A stretch of DNA of 64,000 bases from the IMG/VR virus record IMGVR_UViG_3300028832_000096; one strand, written 5' to 3'. The translations under genes were made by a program, and so were the position numbers. A model generated the notes under the pieces. It was given only the letters and a program-made list of their open reading frames with translations. It ran no database searches and was not told the DNA's origin. This DNA is from a virus (taxonomy: Duplodnaviria; Caudoviricetes). This document shows positions 9,969-19,651 of this stretch, in pieces; position 1 is the first letter of the stretch, and every line of letters starts with the position of its first letter.

Positions 9969-11861
9969 TTATGACTGTATAATACACTCAGGTGCAATTC
10001 GTAATGCAGCTCCTGCGGTACTAGGTTCATTGTATCGTGCGAATGAAATATAATTAAAACATTCGGGGTCACAATCATGCCATTTAATAACTGGATTAGC
10101 AGGTGAACCTGCATCAAAATAGGTTATTCTATCATCACATTTCTGAATAACATTTACAATCTCCATTACTGTAGGCTTCTTGTTGAACTGCGAATTAGCT
10201 GGAGCAAAATAAAGTGCTAATGCTTCCTTTGCTTTATTGATAATAACAACGCCAACATCTTCTGTTACCGGTCTATTTGTATAAATCTGACCTACTACAT
10301 AGAAGTCAAATACACGACAGGAACCAAACTGCATTTCAACTGAAAGTGCTTGTAATGGCTTGAAGTCTGCAATGACGTTATCAATGAACATCTGCGGAGG
10401 TCTATATCTTGTGAAACTAGATGCATTTGAAATCTTAGCTACGTCAATCTGACCTTGTCCCCAGATATCATCTTGGAAATCATTGTGAATAGCGAAGCAC
10501 ATTGCTGTATATGTTTTGAAGTTAGTGTCGAATACAAACTTATTAGGCGATTTTTCATCAAACTCTAAACTTAATGCTTTAGCCCAATCAATTCCGGTTA
10601 CAGAACCTAATGCGAAATCTCTATTTGTGATATACATCTTTGACTTCTGACTTGCGGTTAAGTTCTTGTCGTTGTAAATTGCTAAGTTGATTTCAAGTGC
10701 TTTTTGACAATCAATAACTACTCCGCAATCTACACCAGCTTCTCTTCTCAAGAATCTCGTGTAGTCAGGAAGGGTAACAAGGCTGTCCCAAGTATTGATG
10801 TGGTCTCTACTGTTGAAATATGCTTCCTTAGCAGTTTCAGGAGAACGACCAGTTACTGTATAAGTATGCGGAAGTTCTACTGTGTTAGAAAGATTTGAAA
10901 GAAGGATTTCTCCTGCTTCATAACTCGGATTACCTGTTTTAGCAAAAATAAGATTCTCTAAGACATCAGTACCAACACAGCCAATTACTCCTGAACAATC
11001 AATCCAGAAGATAGTTAATACGTAACCGCTGTAGTTTGAAAGTTGATTCAGATAGTTAGAAATTGTAATCTGAGCATTTGAATAGTTATCATAAGTGACG
11101 CAATAACGAGGTTCTGATGTATTAAATTCTGCTACATTTGCAACCTGAATCCACTGCGTCCTGTCAAATGTGTTAGATGAAGATGATGTCTTACCTTTGA
11201 CCCAAACCGCTGTAGTATCTACATGCTGGGAAGGCAAGGTAATGATATAGTTATTTTTAACTACATCCTCGACTGATACTGAATAACTTCTGAGCTCACC
11301 CTCTATAGCAACACGAGTTACCGATTCACCGGATTTTAATGCAACAGCATCAGATTCTGCAAAGACATCAATATAATCAGTCAATACACTTCTTCTGCTT
11401 CTACTTTCATTGTTTCCGTAGCTACTTGTTAAAGGTAACAAGTTATAGGTAATTACTCGAGAAGTATTTGTAATATCTGTGTAGGCGTTAAGTGTGCAGA
11501 AGTTAGAGCCATTAAATCCAAAATCAAGATTCAATGTGTCTGAAGTATTGTTAGTGATTGTAACTTCTGTTCTTGCTGCAGTATAGAAACCTAAGTCGTA
11601 TCCGATGAGGCCAAATATCTTCTCAGCATCTTTCCTCTGCATTACCGAGGGCGCAAAAAGCTCATTAGCCAAGTAATCAGTATTGACGCCAATGATATCA
11701 GCTGCCGATGCTAATAACTTACCTAGAACTACACCAGGGTCAGCATCTGCTTCAGGTTTCCACAAATCTGTGAGTTTAGGAACTAATTCCCAAAACTCTT
11801 CCATTATAGATTGATAATCTCTACTTGTATAATTGATGAGACCACGGTTTGTATCTTCCAT
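9969..11861 (-). CDS. Baseplate J / T4 gp6-like wedge protein
   Basis: INYTSRDYQSI, W...DPGVVL, GYD...AAR and ET...LVTLxDY motifs; sits after the gp25-like gene. Confidence 0.85.
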   Translation of the reverse strand: MEDTNRGLINYTSRDYQSIMEEFWELVPKLTDLWKPEADADPGVVLGKLLASAADIIGVNTDYLANELFAPSVMQRKDAEKIFGLIGYDLGFYTAARTEVTITNNTSDTLNLDFGFNGSNFCTLNAYTDITNTSRVITYNLLPLTSSYGNNESRSRRSVLTDYIDVFAESDAVALKSGESVTRVAIEGELRSYSVSVEDVVKNNYIITLPSQHVDTTAVWVKGKTSSSSNTFDRTQWIQVANVAEFNTSEPRYCVTYDNYSNAQITISNYLNQLSNYSGYVLTIFWIDCSGVIGCVGTDVLENLIFAKTGNPSYEAGEILLSNLSNTVELPHTYTVTGRSPETAKEAYFNSRDHINTWDSLVTLPDYTRFLRREAGVDCGVVIDCQKALEINLAIYNDKNLTASQKSKMYITNRDFALGSVTGIDWAKALSLEFDEKSPNKFVFDTNFKTYTAMCFAIHNDFQDDIWGQGQIDVAKISNASSFTRYRPPQMFIDNVIADFKPLQALSVEMQFGSCRVFDFYVVGQIYTNRPVTEDVGVVIINKAKEALALYFAPANSQFNKKPTVMEIVNVIQKCDDRITYFDAGSPANPVIKWHDCDPECFNYISFARYNEPSTAGAALRIAPECIIQS

Positions 11862-11906
11862 CGAAACTCTCCTATTATTAATATACGTACATAAATATAA
11901 AAAAGG

Positions 11907-12371
11907 TTACGTCTCTGAAATACTCCAACCAGAATAGTTAACTGTAAGCTTTGTTTCTGTAGGCATTACAGAATTCAAATCTATATTGAGTTCCTTGCCG
12001 AATGTAGTTTCCATAATTACTGTCATATTGATTTCATTAGCTTGTGTTGCACTATTTAAAGTGCTTGTATCACCAGTAACTAATAATCCATCAGTAAATG
12101 AGGTGTTTTCAGCAACTACATCAGGTTCATAATCACGTAACTGAGCTACAATTCTATCTTTTATTAAAGCTCTTTCATTTTCAGAATTATATTTCCATAA
12201 ATGACGTTTTAATCCTACACCAAATTTAATGTTGTTATATAACTCTGTAGGTTCTGTTAAGATGAGTAACCTAGAACGCGTAGTAACAGCTTTGAGGTCT
12301 TCATCTACTGCTACTTGATTGTTTGTCAAGTTAAACATATTTGGAAAAGATAATGAAGTTGTTTCAGCCAT
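11907..12371 (-). CDS. Baseplate wedge subunit, gp25/GpW-like
   Basis: LLILTEPTEL...FGVGL...I...LRDYEP, the gp25 pattern. Confidence 0.8.
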   Translation of the reverse strand: MAETTSLSFPNMFNLTNNQVAVDEDLKAVTTRSRLLILTEPTELYNNIKFGVGLKRHLWKYNSENERALIKDRIVAQLRDYEPDVVAENTSFTDGLLVTGDTSTLNSATQANEINMTVIMETTFGKELNIDLNSVMPTETKLTVNYSGWSISET

Positions 12372-12389
12372 TATATTTTAACCTCCTAG

Positions 12390-12683
12390 TTACGACAATG
12401 CTGCTCCCGCATTATATGACCCTCCAGTAAGTCCTAGAACTAACCAGGAAGATGAAGTGTCGTCTAAACTTGTCAGAGCCACGACCTCTCCATCACCTGG
12501 TAAGTATGGAAGAATAAGGGAAGGGTACCAAGGCAAATCATTATCACTCGTGTAATTCCGAATTGCTTTGCCCTTATAATCTGATATAAGGTAAGGTCCA
12601 TGAATATTTGGTATCCTCACTTGAATCAACAAAGTACCATCACCTGTATACCTTGTACCTTTTACATATCCATAAACTACCAT
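12390..12683 (-). CDS. Baseplate spike gp5/gpV-like OB-fold (short)
   Basis: IQVRIPNIHG...DLPW...LPGDGEVV...VLG, the gp5 OB-fold motif. Confidence 0.7.
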   Translation of the reverse strand: MVVYGYVKGTRYTGDGTLLIQVRIPNIHGPYLISDYKGKAIRNYTSDNDLPWYPSLILPYLPGDGEVVALTSLDDTSSSWLVLGLTGGSYNAGAALS

Positions 12684-13219
12684 TATTTGTTCTCCTTCAA
12701 TAAAGTTCTAGCAAGTTTGTGAAATTCGTCTAAACCATTATCAGATATACAATGCAAACATTGCAAGATAGTTGCTTCTGTTTCAGGGTTGAAATATCTC
12801 CCTTGCCTAACTTTAAAATAATATCTTAGTGGTTCATTTTGTGTCCATTTATCTGAAGAATAAACTTTACCGGCACCTATCCAATCACAAATCATCTCAA
12901 TAACATATTTCATCGGGATTTTATTTGCAATAATAGTACCATCATCTGCAAAGTCAGTCCAATATTCCCAATGATGTTTGTTATGACCTTTATGATGCAA
13001 CCACGCTTTAGAATATCCAATAGATTCTTTTTCTGCTTCAATAGGGCTTCTGGTTCCTTGGAAGTGTCGAGCAGATGATGCGAATTCTACCCAACTGAAT
13101 TTAGATAGGTCATGAATAAATCCTTGCCAACCAATTCCACAAGCCCTGCATTCTTTGAATACTTCTTTCTTGTGCTTGCATACTGTTTTTAAATGTTTTA
13201 AATAACAGTTCATACGCAT
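12683..13219 (-). CDS. DUF5662-like HD-domain protein
   Basis: HKKEV...HDLSKF...WLHHKGHNKHHWEYW...EMICDW. Confidence 0.8.
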   Translation of the reverse strand: MRMNCYLKHLKTVCKHKKEVFKECRACGIGWQGFIHDLSKFSWVEFASSARHFQGTRSPIEAEKESIGYSKAWLHHKGHNKHHWEYWTDFADDGTIIANKIPMKYVIEMICDWIGAGKVYSSDKWTQNEPLRYYFKVRQGRYFNPETEATILQCLHCISDNGLDEFHKLARTLLKENK

Positions 13220-13223
13220 TACC

Positions 13224-15065
13224 TCACTTTATATCTGATGAATACTTGCCGTAGTTAACTATGTTTAATACAGTCTGTCCTTTCCATCCACTAAGATTAA
13301 TAGGATAACATTCATTAGACTTAACGCCTGACGTAACTACCTTTGTATTTATAATTCTTATGCGGCCCCACTTAATAATGTTAATCTTTCCATCAGATTT
13401 CTTCTGACCCCAAACAGAACCTGCATTGTTATCAATATGGTCGCATATAATACACGAAATATATGAACCATTCTTTAACTGCGCTACAATTACATCACCG
13501 ATAGAACCATATTTAGGTCTAACTGCTACGCAATAATAAGTGCCTACAGTAGCAATTCCTCTGTTTTGAGGACAGCCTTGACTGTGCCACAACTTAGCTA
13601 ACTTCTGTTGAGCAGAACCGCTTGACCATTGTGAATACATATAAGAATAATTGAGATAATCATCCATTATGCCTGTCTGCTTGATGGAAGTAGAAATTAC
13701 TACATCTTTAACTCCGGTCAATTTTTTGCCATTGATATTTGTCATTGATGTAGGGTTGCCAACAATACTTGTTTTAGAAATTACTATATCTTTAAAAATT
13801 TCTTTAGCATATTTCTTTGCGTTAGATATAGCTGTTTTAGAATCTACATATTCATTGTATTCTGACATGATAAGTTCAGCGCTTTTTTCGGCACCTGCCG
13901 ATGTATTTGCTTGAGATTTGAGGTCAGGTATTAAATCAAAATTAGCTTCTAAATCATAAGCAAAGTAGGCTATCTGTCCTGATAAATCCTCTTTCCACAC
14001 ATTCTCATCATCAATGAATTCGTATAAATCATAGAGATGCGCTATGTCCCAAGCAGCAATTCCGTATAGATAGCTACCGTCCACCATACCATCACTTATA
14101 TAATCCGGCTTAAGTCCAGAATACGCTTTGAAACAAGCAGCAATTGCAGCTGCAGACGAAGCAGGTAAACCGCACTCATCAATAAAATAATCAACGCAGG
14201 TTTTAATATTGCCTTTCAGCTTGCTTGTATCTACTTTAGCTTGACCTGAAATGTAAGGCGGAAAATTATTATATAACTCGCCTAAAGCAGAAGTATAATT
14301 GATTATGGAAATTGCAATGTTTGAAGAACTATCTGACAAATTGTATTTACTATTTAAGTAACCTACTTGCCTTGCGGTCATATCATGCCTATCATTAGCA
14401 TCTTGATAGAGTGGACTTAATACATTTACAATAGTATCTTTTTCAACCTCTCCACTTTTATCTACTTTGCCGCCCGCAAGATAATAAGAAATATCATCAC
14501 CCAACTTTTCCCAAGCAGGTCTAGTATAACCATTTATAGAGCTGTGATTTGTTCTATATTTGCATCGCTTACATTTATTGGTATTTGAACCTGCATTACC
14601 TTCTATGGTATGTACCCACCAAGTGCCCGCCCTATCTTTAGCACAGTATTCTACAATACCTACGTGATAACCACTGCTTTTTCCATGATAACCTGAGTTA
14701 CCAAAAGAAATAACGTCGCCAGCAATAGGTTTAGGGCTTCCTCCACCATTGTAAGGTCCAGGTATCCAAGTGCCCCCATGATGTCTGATGCTTGCTATTA
14801 ATCCACCAACACCTGCTTTGATATCCATAAGATTCTTACTGTTATTTTTATTACCTGCGATTTTAGCTTTTTTAGCACAAGCAGATACTGTAAGCGCACA
14901 CCAAGCAGTAGGCCCGTATCCTGTTAATGAATATATTTCCTTTAACTTATCATTAGCAGCAACATTAGTTGTCTTTTTCTTGCCTTTTTTAACAGTCTTA
15001 TCTCGAGCCCCAATAAAATGTCTGGCTGCTTTTACAAATTTTTCTAAATGAGGAGCGCCTGCCAT
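13224..15065 (-). CDS. Virion-associated peptidoglycan hydrolase: CHAP + tail-lysozyme-like + 3D-like domains
   Basis: AWCA...HVGIV...TIEGN CHAP motifs; AAIAACFKAYSGL...YGIAAW lysozyme-like segment. Confidence 0.75.
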   Translation of the reverse strand: MAGAPHLEKFVKAARHFIGARDKTVKKGKKKTTNVAANDKLKEIYSLTGYGPTAWCALTVSACAKKAKIAGNKNNSKNLMDIKAGVGGLIASIRHHGGTWIPGPYNGGGSPKPIAGDVISFGNSGYHGKSSGYHVGIVEYCAKDRAGTWWVHTIEGNAGSNTNKCKRCKYRTNHSSINGYTRPAWEKLGDDISYYLAGGKVDKSGEVEKDTIVNVLSPLYQDANDRHDMTARQVGYLNSKYNLSDSSSNIAISIINYTSALGELYNNFPPYISGQAKVDTSKLKGNIKTCVDYFIDECGLPASSAAAIAACFKAYSGLKPDYISDGMVDGSYLYGIAAWDIAHLYDLYEFIDDENVWKEDLSGQIAYFAYDLEANFDLIPDLKSQANTSAGAEKSAELIMSEYNEYVDSKTAISNAKKYAKEIFKDIVISKTSIVGNPTSMTNINGKKLTGVKDVVISTSIKQTGIMDDYLNYSYMYSQWSSGSAQQKLAKLWHSQGCPQNRGIATVGTYYCVAVRPKYGSIGDVIVAQLKNGSYISCIICDHIDNNAGSVWGQKKSDGKINIIKWGRIRIINTKVVTSGVKSNECYPINLSGWKGQTVLNIVNYGKYSSDIK

Positions 15066-15664
15066 TAGTCCGGTACCTCAAACATTGATGGTTGCAATAA
15101 CTCAGTATCAATCTTAGATACTTCTAAGGGGTCAATGCACCAAAGATAAAACTTATCTTTAAACTTATTCCAAGAAAATGTAGAGACCTTACTTGTTGGA
15201 ATATACAGACCACATCTATCTTTAAGGCCCCAAGAATCTAAGTATTTGTAATACCTAGTTAATATCTTATCTAATCCATCATTCTTAGCAGTTGTTTGCA
15301 AAGATAACCACAAACCAAACTGCGGTGAAAATCTAGATATAATGTAGTAAAGCGTTTTACATTCTTTATCTGCTTCAATTTCATTCTTAGCCCTTACATT
15401 TACATATAAAGCATAAGGTAGTCCTGCACTAGAGCATTGCGCTATCTGATTAGGCAAACTAGGGTTCATATATACTGTCTTCTCTTTATGAGAAGCATCA
15501 AAGTATTCGCCTGCGTAAAACATCATACCACATATCTTAGCTTCTCTAATTTCAGAATAGTTGATTTTAGGATTAGCTGTACCTAACACAGTTGCTAAAA
15601 ACGGCGTAGTGGTAGCGGTCTTTACCTTTTTCTGACCATCTGTAATTTTAGTTATTATTGCCAT
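15065..15664 (-). CDS. GH25 muramidase-like protein, probably inactive
   Basis: INYSEIR...NQIAQCSSAGLPYALY...EADKE...GLY fold pattern; likely start MAIITK at 15664. Confidence 0.55.
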   Translation of the reverse strand: MAIITKITDGQKKVKTATTTPFLATVLGTANPKINYSEIREAKICGMMFYAGEYFDASHKEKTVYMNPSLPNQIAQCSSAGLPYALYVNVRAKNEIEADKECKTLYYIISRFSPQFGLWLSLQTTAKNDGLDKILTRYYKYLDSWGLKDRCGLYIPTSKVSTFSWNKFKDKFYLWCIDPLEVSKIDTELLQPSMFEVPD

Positions 15665-16082
15665 ACGCCGCAGGAACCTCAGGTGCAAATATAATTGGAG
15701 AAGGGTCATGCTTGTATTTTTGTTCTGACGATATCCTTACAGGAAAATCAGATTCTTCTCCTGTGCAGTATTCTAACCGCATTACTCCTTTGTAAGAGTA
15801 TCCGATATGAGTTTGCAATGTTACTTCATCTAATTCCTTTACTTTAACTGCACTGAGATTGCAGTATCTAATCCACTGCCAATCGTCAAGCTTTACAGTT
15901 ACAGTCCATCTAGCATTTTTAGGGTCTTGCTCTATAGATATTACAGTACCAATGCTAATACTATATACAGATTGTGTTTTTATGAAACAACCTGCAGTAT
16001 ATTGACTGCTTCCTGAAAAGCCTTGGTCTATAACAGAAGCATCTACTTCTGACCCTGTTAATATAGATAAAACTAAATTCAT
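15648..16082 (-). CDS. M23 peptidase-like protein, probably inactive
   Basis: VYSISIGTVI...IRYCNLS.VKVK..DEV...HIG...EY...DP resembles the M23 barrel without its His ligands. Confidence 0.5.
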   Translation of the reverse strand: MNLVLSILTGSEVDASVIDQGFSGSSQYTAGCFIKTQSVYSISIGTVISIEQDPKNARWTVTVKLDDWQWIRYCNLSAVKVKELDEVTLQTHIGYSYKGVMRLEYCTGEESDFPVRISSEQKYKHDPSPIIFAPEVPAAYGNNN

Positions 16083-17527
16083 GCCGATATATCTCTAAAG
16101 GTAGGGTAAAGTGCTCCGAAATTTACCTTACCTGTACTTTCAATATTTTTAGTCTGTGTATAAGAACTAACACTGTATGTTTTACTATTCGCAATACTAA
16201 TTCCTTGAGAAACAGCTACTTCATTTGCATTACTCATTACTAATCTCTGTAACTTAAGCGTAGTAATAAATTGATTAGAAATGGAGTGGCTTACAGATGT
16301 TACATTGTAAACTCCCGATATTGGTGAAAGCGTATTACCGGACATTACTAATAACGATACAGGCTGTGCCAAAGTGTATTGTTTAACATTTCCAGGTATG
16401 GTAACAGAAAAGTCTCCTGAAAACTGCGAAGCTAATGCGTTTACATCATTGATGATATTAGCTGTTTGGAATACGTGAGCAAGTGATGCTGACCAGCTGT
16501 TAACTACTTTAGCATCTTGAACAATTGTATTACCGCTACCATCAACTGCAAAACCTACGTCAGCAAAAGACATATCAGTCATGTTGTAAGCTACGCCGTT
16601 GTAGGAACCATTGATGGAAAGTATATTAGTATTTGCTGTTCCGAATTCTAGTGTATCTGCTCCATGTGCAGTATACAGACCTGCGGTACTTTTGAAATGC
16701 ACTGTGCCTTTCTTAGTCATTGTAGGTTCTTCAACCCAGAAAGCAAAATTAGATGATTGCGGAGATGCATCACAAATAGAACGCTTCAAGTATTTAGAAA
16801 TAGGTGTAGTTTTAAGATTATTTTGAAGTGTACTTAACTTACCAGAACCTCGCTTAAGCCCTGCAGAATCTCTTGTAGCATTATAAGATTTTGCTAATCG
16901 CTGTAATCCAGGGAAAGTATTGTAGTTATCTTCGGTAGAATAATTACCCTTTATGTAAGCACTAACACTTGTAGTAAGCGCACCATGATTTACTAATGTA
17001 GGTGCATCATTGTGGTCAATATCAAGATTGTAATACTTATCAATCCCTAATGCTTTACATACACCTTCAACTACTGCAGACGGTTGAACAATTCCACAAA
17101 CTGCAGGAATATTATATGCAGGAATTGCGAACTTATATCCTATGGAAGCGTAGCCTGTAATTGTATATCGCATGTACAGACCATCGGTAGATGTTTGAAA
17201 TTTTAATGTATGACCCTGATATGCAACATTTTCAGTAATACCTCCATCTCTACCAAGCCAACCAAACATAAAGGATACAGGAATATCGCTGGATTCAGGA
17301 TATTGTCCTGCTGCTTGAGCTGCTGAATATAACAAAGCCTCAAATGCAGCAATGTTGGATTTCTTAGAATCATCACCACCTACAATAACTTGAAGTGTCC
17401 ACGAAGTGAATGATGTTATCTGCGAATTAGTTAATTCAAGAGAACAAAATGGTGACGGAATCTTTAAACCAAAGTCAGTTAGATTAACACCTGCAAGTGT
17501 GAATGAGCAAAAGGGCTGCTGGAACAT
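16079..17527 (-). CDS. Baseplate hub protein (gp27/gpD-like)
   Basis: FGW motif and C-terminal VTIPG...SGVYNVTSVSHSIS..FITTLKL. Confidence 0.7.
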   Translation of the reverse strand: MFQQPFCSFTLAGVNLTDFGLKIPSPFCSLELTNSQITSFTSWTLQVIVGGDDSKKSNIAAFEALLYSAAQAAGQYPESSDIPVSFMFGWLGRDGGITENVAYQGHTLKFQTSTDGLYMRYTITGYASIGYKFAIPAYNIPAVCGIVQPSAVVEGVCKALGIDKYYNLDIDHNDAPTLVNHGALTTSVSAYIKGNYSTEDNYNTFPGLQRLAKSYNATRDSAGLKRGSGKLSTLQNNLKTTPISKYLKRSICDASPQSSNFAFWVEEPTMTKKGTVHFKSTAGLYTAHGADTLEFGTANTNILSINGSYNGVAYNMTDMSFADVGFAVDGSGNTIVQDAKVVNSWSASLAHVFQTANIINDVNALASQFSGDFSVTIPGNVKQYTLAQPVSLLVMSGNTLSPISGVYNVTSVSHSISNQFITTLKLQRLVMSNANEVAVSQGISIANSKTYSVSSYTQTKNIESTGKVNFGALYPTFRDISA

Positions 17528-17530
17528 AGA

Positions 17531-17962
17531 TTACTCCTCACCAAGATTCAATGATAATGCACTGATAGGTGCAAGTATTTCTCCTTGAGATAACAAAGCT
17601 GTTATGGTCTTAGGGATTATAATAGTTTGCCCTGCCCAAACTGTATAACCGTCTTCAATCTTGTTAAAATATGCAATGACCCAACTATATGTAGATGAGC
17701 CTAAGTACTTATCCGCAATAATATCTAATCTGTTCTCTTCAGTCAATTCAACTACGTGATAAATGACATCGAGTTTGTTTGTAGTGATAGGATTAACAGT
17801 CTCTAAAGTAACAAATCTGTCAGAAGAATCATCTAAGTAATGAGTTATCTGACGGAGGTTCCTATATCTAGAAATATGGTTGTAGTCAACACAAACACCA
17901 TAAGCGATGCCCTCATAGTCAATTACTTTATAAGGTTGTGTTAAATCTCTAATCTGTATCAT
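17531..17962 (-). CDS. Baseplate wedge gp53/LysM-like protein
   Basis: RLDIIADKYLGSSTYSWVIAYFN...GQTIIIP. Confidence 0.75.
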   Translation of the reverse strand: MIQIRDLTQPYKVIDYEGIAYGVCVDYNHISRYRNLRQITHYLDDSSDRFVTLETVNPITTNKLDVIYHVVELTEENRLDIIADKYLGSSTYSWVIAYFNKIEDGYTVWAGQTIIIPKTITALLSQGEILAPISALSLNLGEE

Positions 17963-18957
17963 GATATCAACCCCTTAGATTTTACTGTATTATAATTGAG
18001 AGGTTCATCAGAAACTTCTGTAATTTCTAATGTTAATGTTAGTTCTAAGTAATATCCGTCTAAACCAAGCGGGCCTGTCCAATCTGCTTTTGCAGATGTC
18101 ATTATACCTGTAATTAGATTCTTACCGTTGAGATACAAAGTAACTCTAGGTGCGTTTACTGCAGAACCTTGATAATCAGGGAAGCAGTTTGCTTCGCAGA
18201 ATCTAACTAACTTGTTTGCAAGACCGTCTCTATGGTCGCCTGTCCACATGTCCCTGTGCATGTGAAAACTAAACGAATTGCTCCTCGGACCAGAATCTTT
18301 GTATACATACCAAGGTTCGTATTGATAAAGCATATTAGGCATCTGGTCGTAATTTGCTGTGTATCCATCGGAATATTCTTCAGGATATACTGGAAAGTCC
18401 ATTGACTCACCTGAAAGATGCGAATATAAACTAATCTTACCCCAAGGAAGTTTAAACCATTCAAACGGGTCGGTTCGTTTACTACCAGAACTTGCGTTAA
18501 GTGCGCCATAAGTTGTTGTAGCAGCTACGCTGTATTCTGTGAAGATTTCAGGATGTACAGTTCCATCTTCTTTTAATGAATCTATACATTTATTATAAAG
18601 CTCTGTAGATATTGGTTCGTTGTTTCCTAAAATCTTATCAGAAGAAGGTAATTGAATCTCTTGAGGAATTCTGATGTGGTCAGGAAATGTTCCATAGGCA
18701 GATAAAGAGACCCAATCTTTCTCATCTCCTAATGCTGCTTTTTCATAAACATCGGAATTTGCTACAAGAGTATTAAGAGTATTTATCTTTGATTGAGCAT
18801 CTACAGTTCCAGATAAATCTCTTTCGAACAACTGCTTGCCAATATTAACACCACGTTTAAGTCCATTAGCATTAAGAATATAATCTACATTTTGCTGTCC
18901 AACAACTTGTGCTAAATCAGATAATGTAGTTTCTGGAGTTATTTGTAAATATTTCAT
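17959..18957 (-). CDS. Tail tube initiator / baseplate protein with N-terminal LysM-like segment
   Basis: TLSDLA...ILNANGL; C-terminal EPWYVY..SGPRS.SF...YQGS...P.V.L. Confidence 0.6.
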   Translation of the reverse strand: MKYLQITPETTLSDLAQVVGQQNVDYILNANGLKRGVNIGKQLFERDLSGTVDAQSKINTLNTLVANSDVYEKAALGDEKDWVSLSAYGTFPDHIRIPQEIQLPSSDKILGNNEPISTELYNKCIDSLKEDGTVHPEIFTEYSVAATTTYGALNASSGSKRTDPFEWFKLPWGKISLYSHLSGESMDFPVYPEEYSDGYTANYDQMPNMLYQYEPWYVYKDSGPRSNSFSFHMHRDMWTGDHRDGLANKLVRFCEANCFPDYQGSAVNAPRVTLYLNGKNLITGIMTSAKADWTGPLGLDGYYLELTLTLEITEVSDEPLNYNTVKSKGLIS

Positions 18958-18961
18958 CTAC

Positions 18962-19651
18962 TTATGCCTCCAATCTTAATTGCTTAATTACATGAGGCTC
19001 ACCGAATACTGTCGGAGGACGGATACCTGATGTCAATGTCGAAATATACTTTGTGCTGGTTGCGTAACAAAGGGCGCATGAATGATTGGTGAATTTATTG
19101 CTGATATTGTTATCGCCTAAGAGCGCCAAAGTATCATAAATATCTTGATATTCTGAATTGTTATATACTACTTCGCCTAACATGTATGTATAAATCCAGT
19201 CCGGAATAGAATAAGATGCAGCATCTTCCTTGCCTTGATGCTCAAGATACTGTGAAATTGTTTGTACAATGTAATCTTTCAACTTATCATATTCGCTTTT
19301 AAGACTTACAGTGCTAACAACATCACCCGCTTTGTTGAGCTTATTATACATCAAATCTTGTTCGATAAAAGGATTAGGATAATTATCGTCAAAGAAGTAT
19401 TCACAGAATGTCCAATCAGCGGTCTTAAATTCACCAGGTTCTATATCATGTTTGCAAACATAGATGCTATTTTGATAAGTAACATAATCACCTGCTGAAT
19501 AGCTCTTTGTAGAATCAAATTCCGGTGGAGTTTCACCTAGATGTATAAACGCGTCAAACATCTCCTTATCAGAAATGAGGTGATAAGGATAACTAGGCAA
19601 GTAACCTAATCTAGAATATTTGATTTTTATAATGTCGTGAATGAATGACAT
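18962..19651 (-). CDS. Virion protein with a CBM5/12-like insert
   Basis: Likely start 19651 (GGAGGA RBS, TAATG overlap); FDSTKSYSAGDYVTYQNSIYVC...W. Confidence 0.55.
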   Translation of the reverse strand: MSFIHDIIKIKYSRLGYLPSYPYHLISDKEMFDAFIHLGETPPEFDSTKSYSAGDYVTYQNSIYVCKHDIEPGEFKTADWTFCEYFFDDNYPNPFIEQDLMYNKLNKAGDVVSTVSLKSEYDKLKDYIVQTISQYLEHQGKEDAASYSIPDWIYTYMLGEVVYNNSEYQDIYDTLALLGDNNISNKFTNHSCALCYATSTKYISTLTSGIRPPTVFGEPHVIKQLRLEA

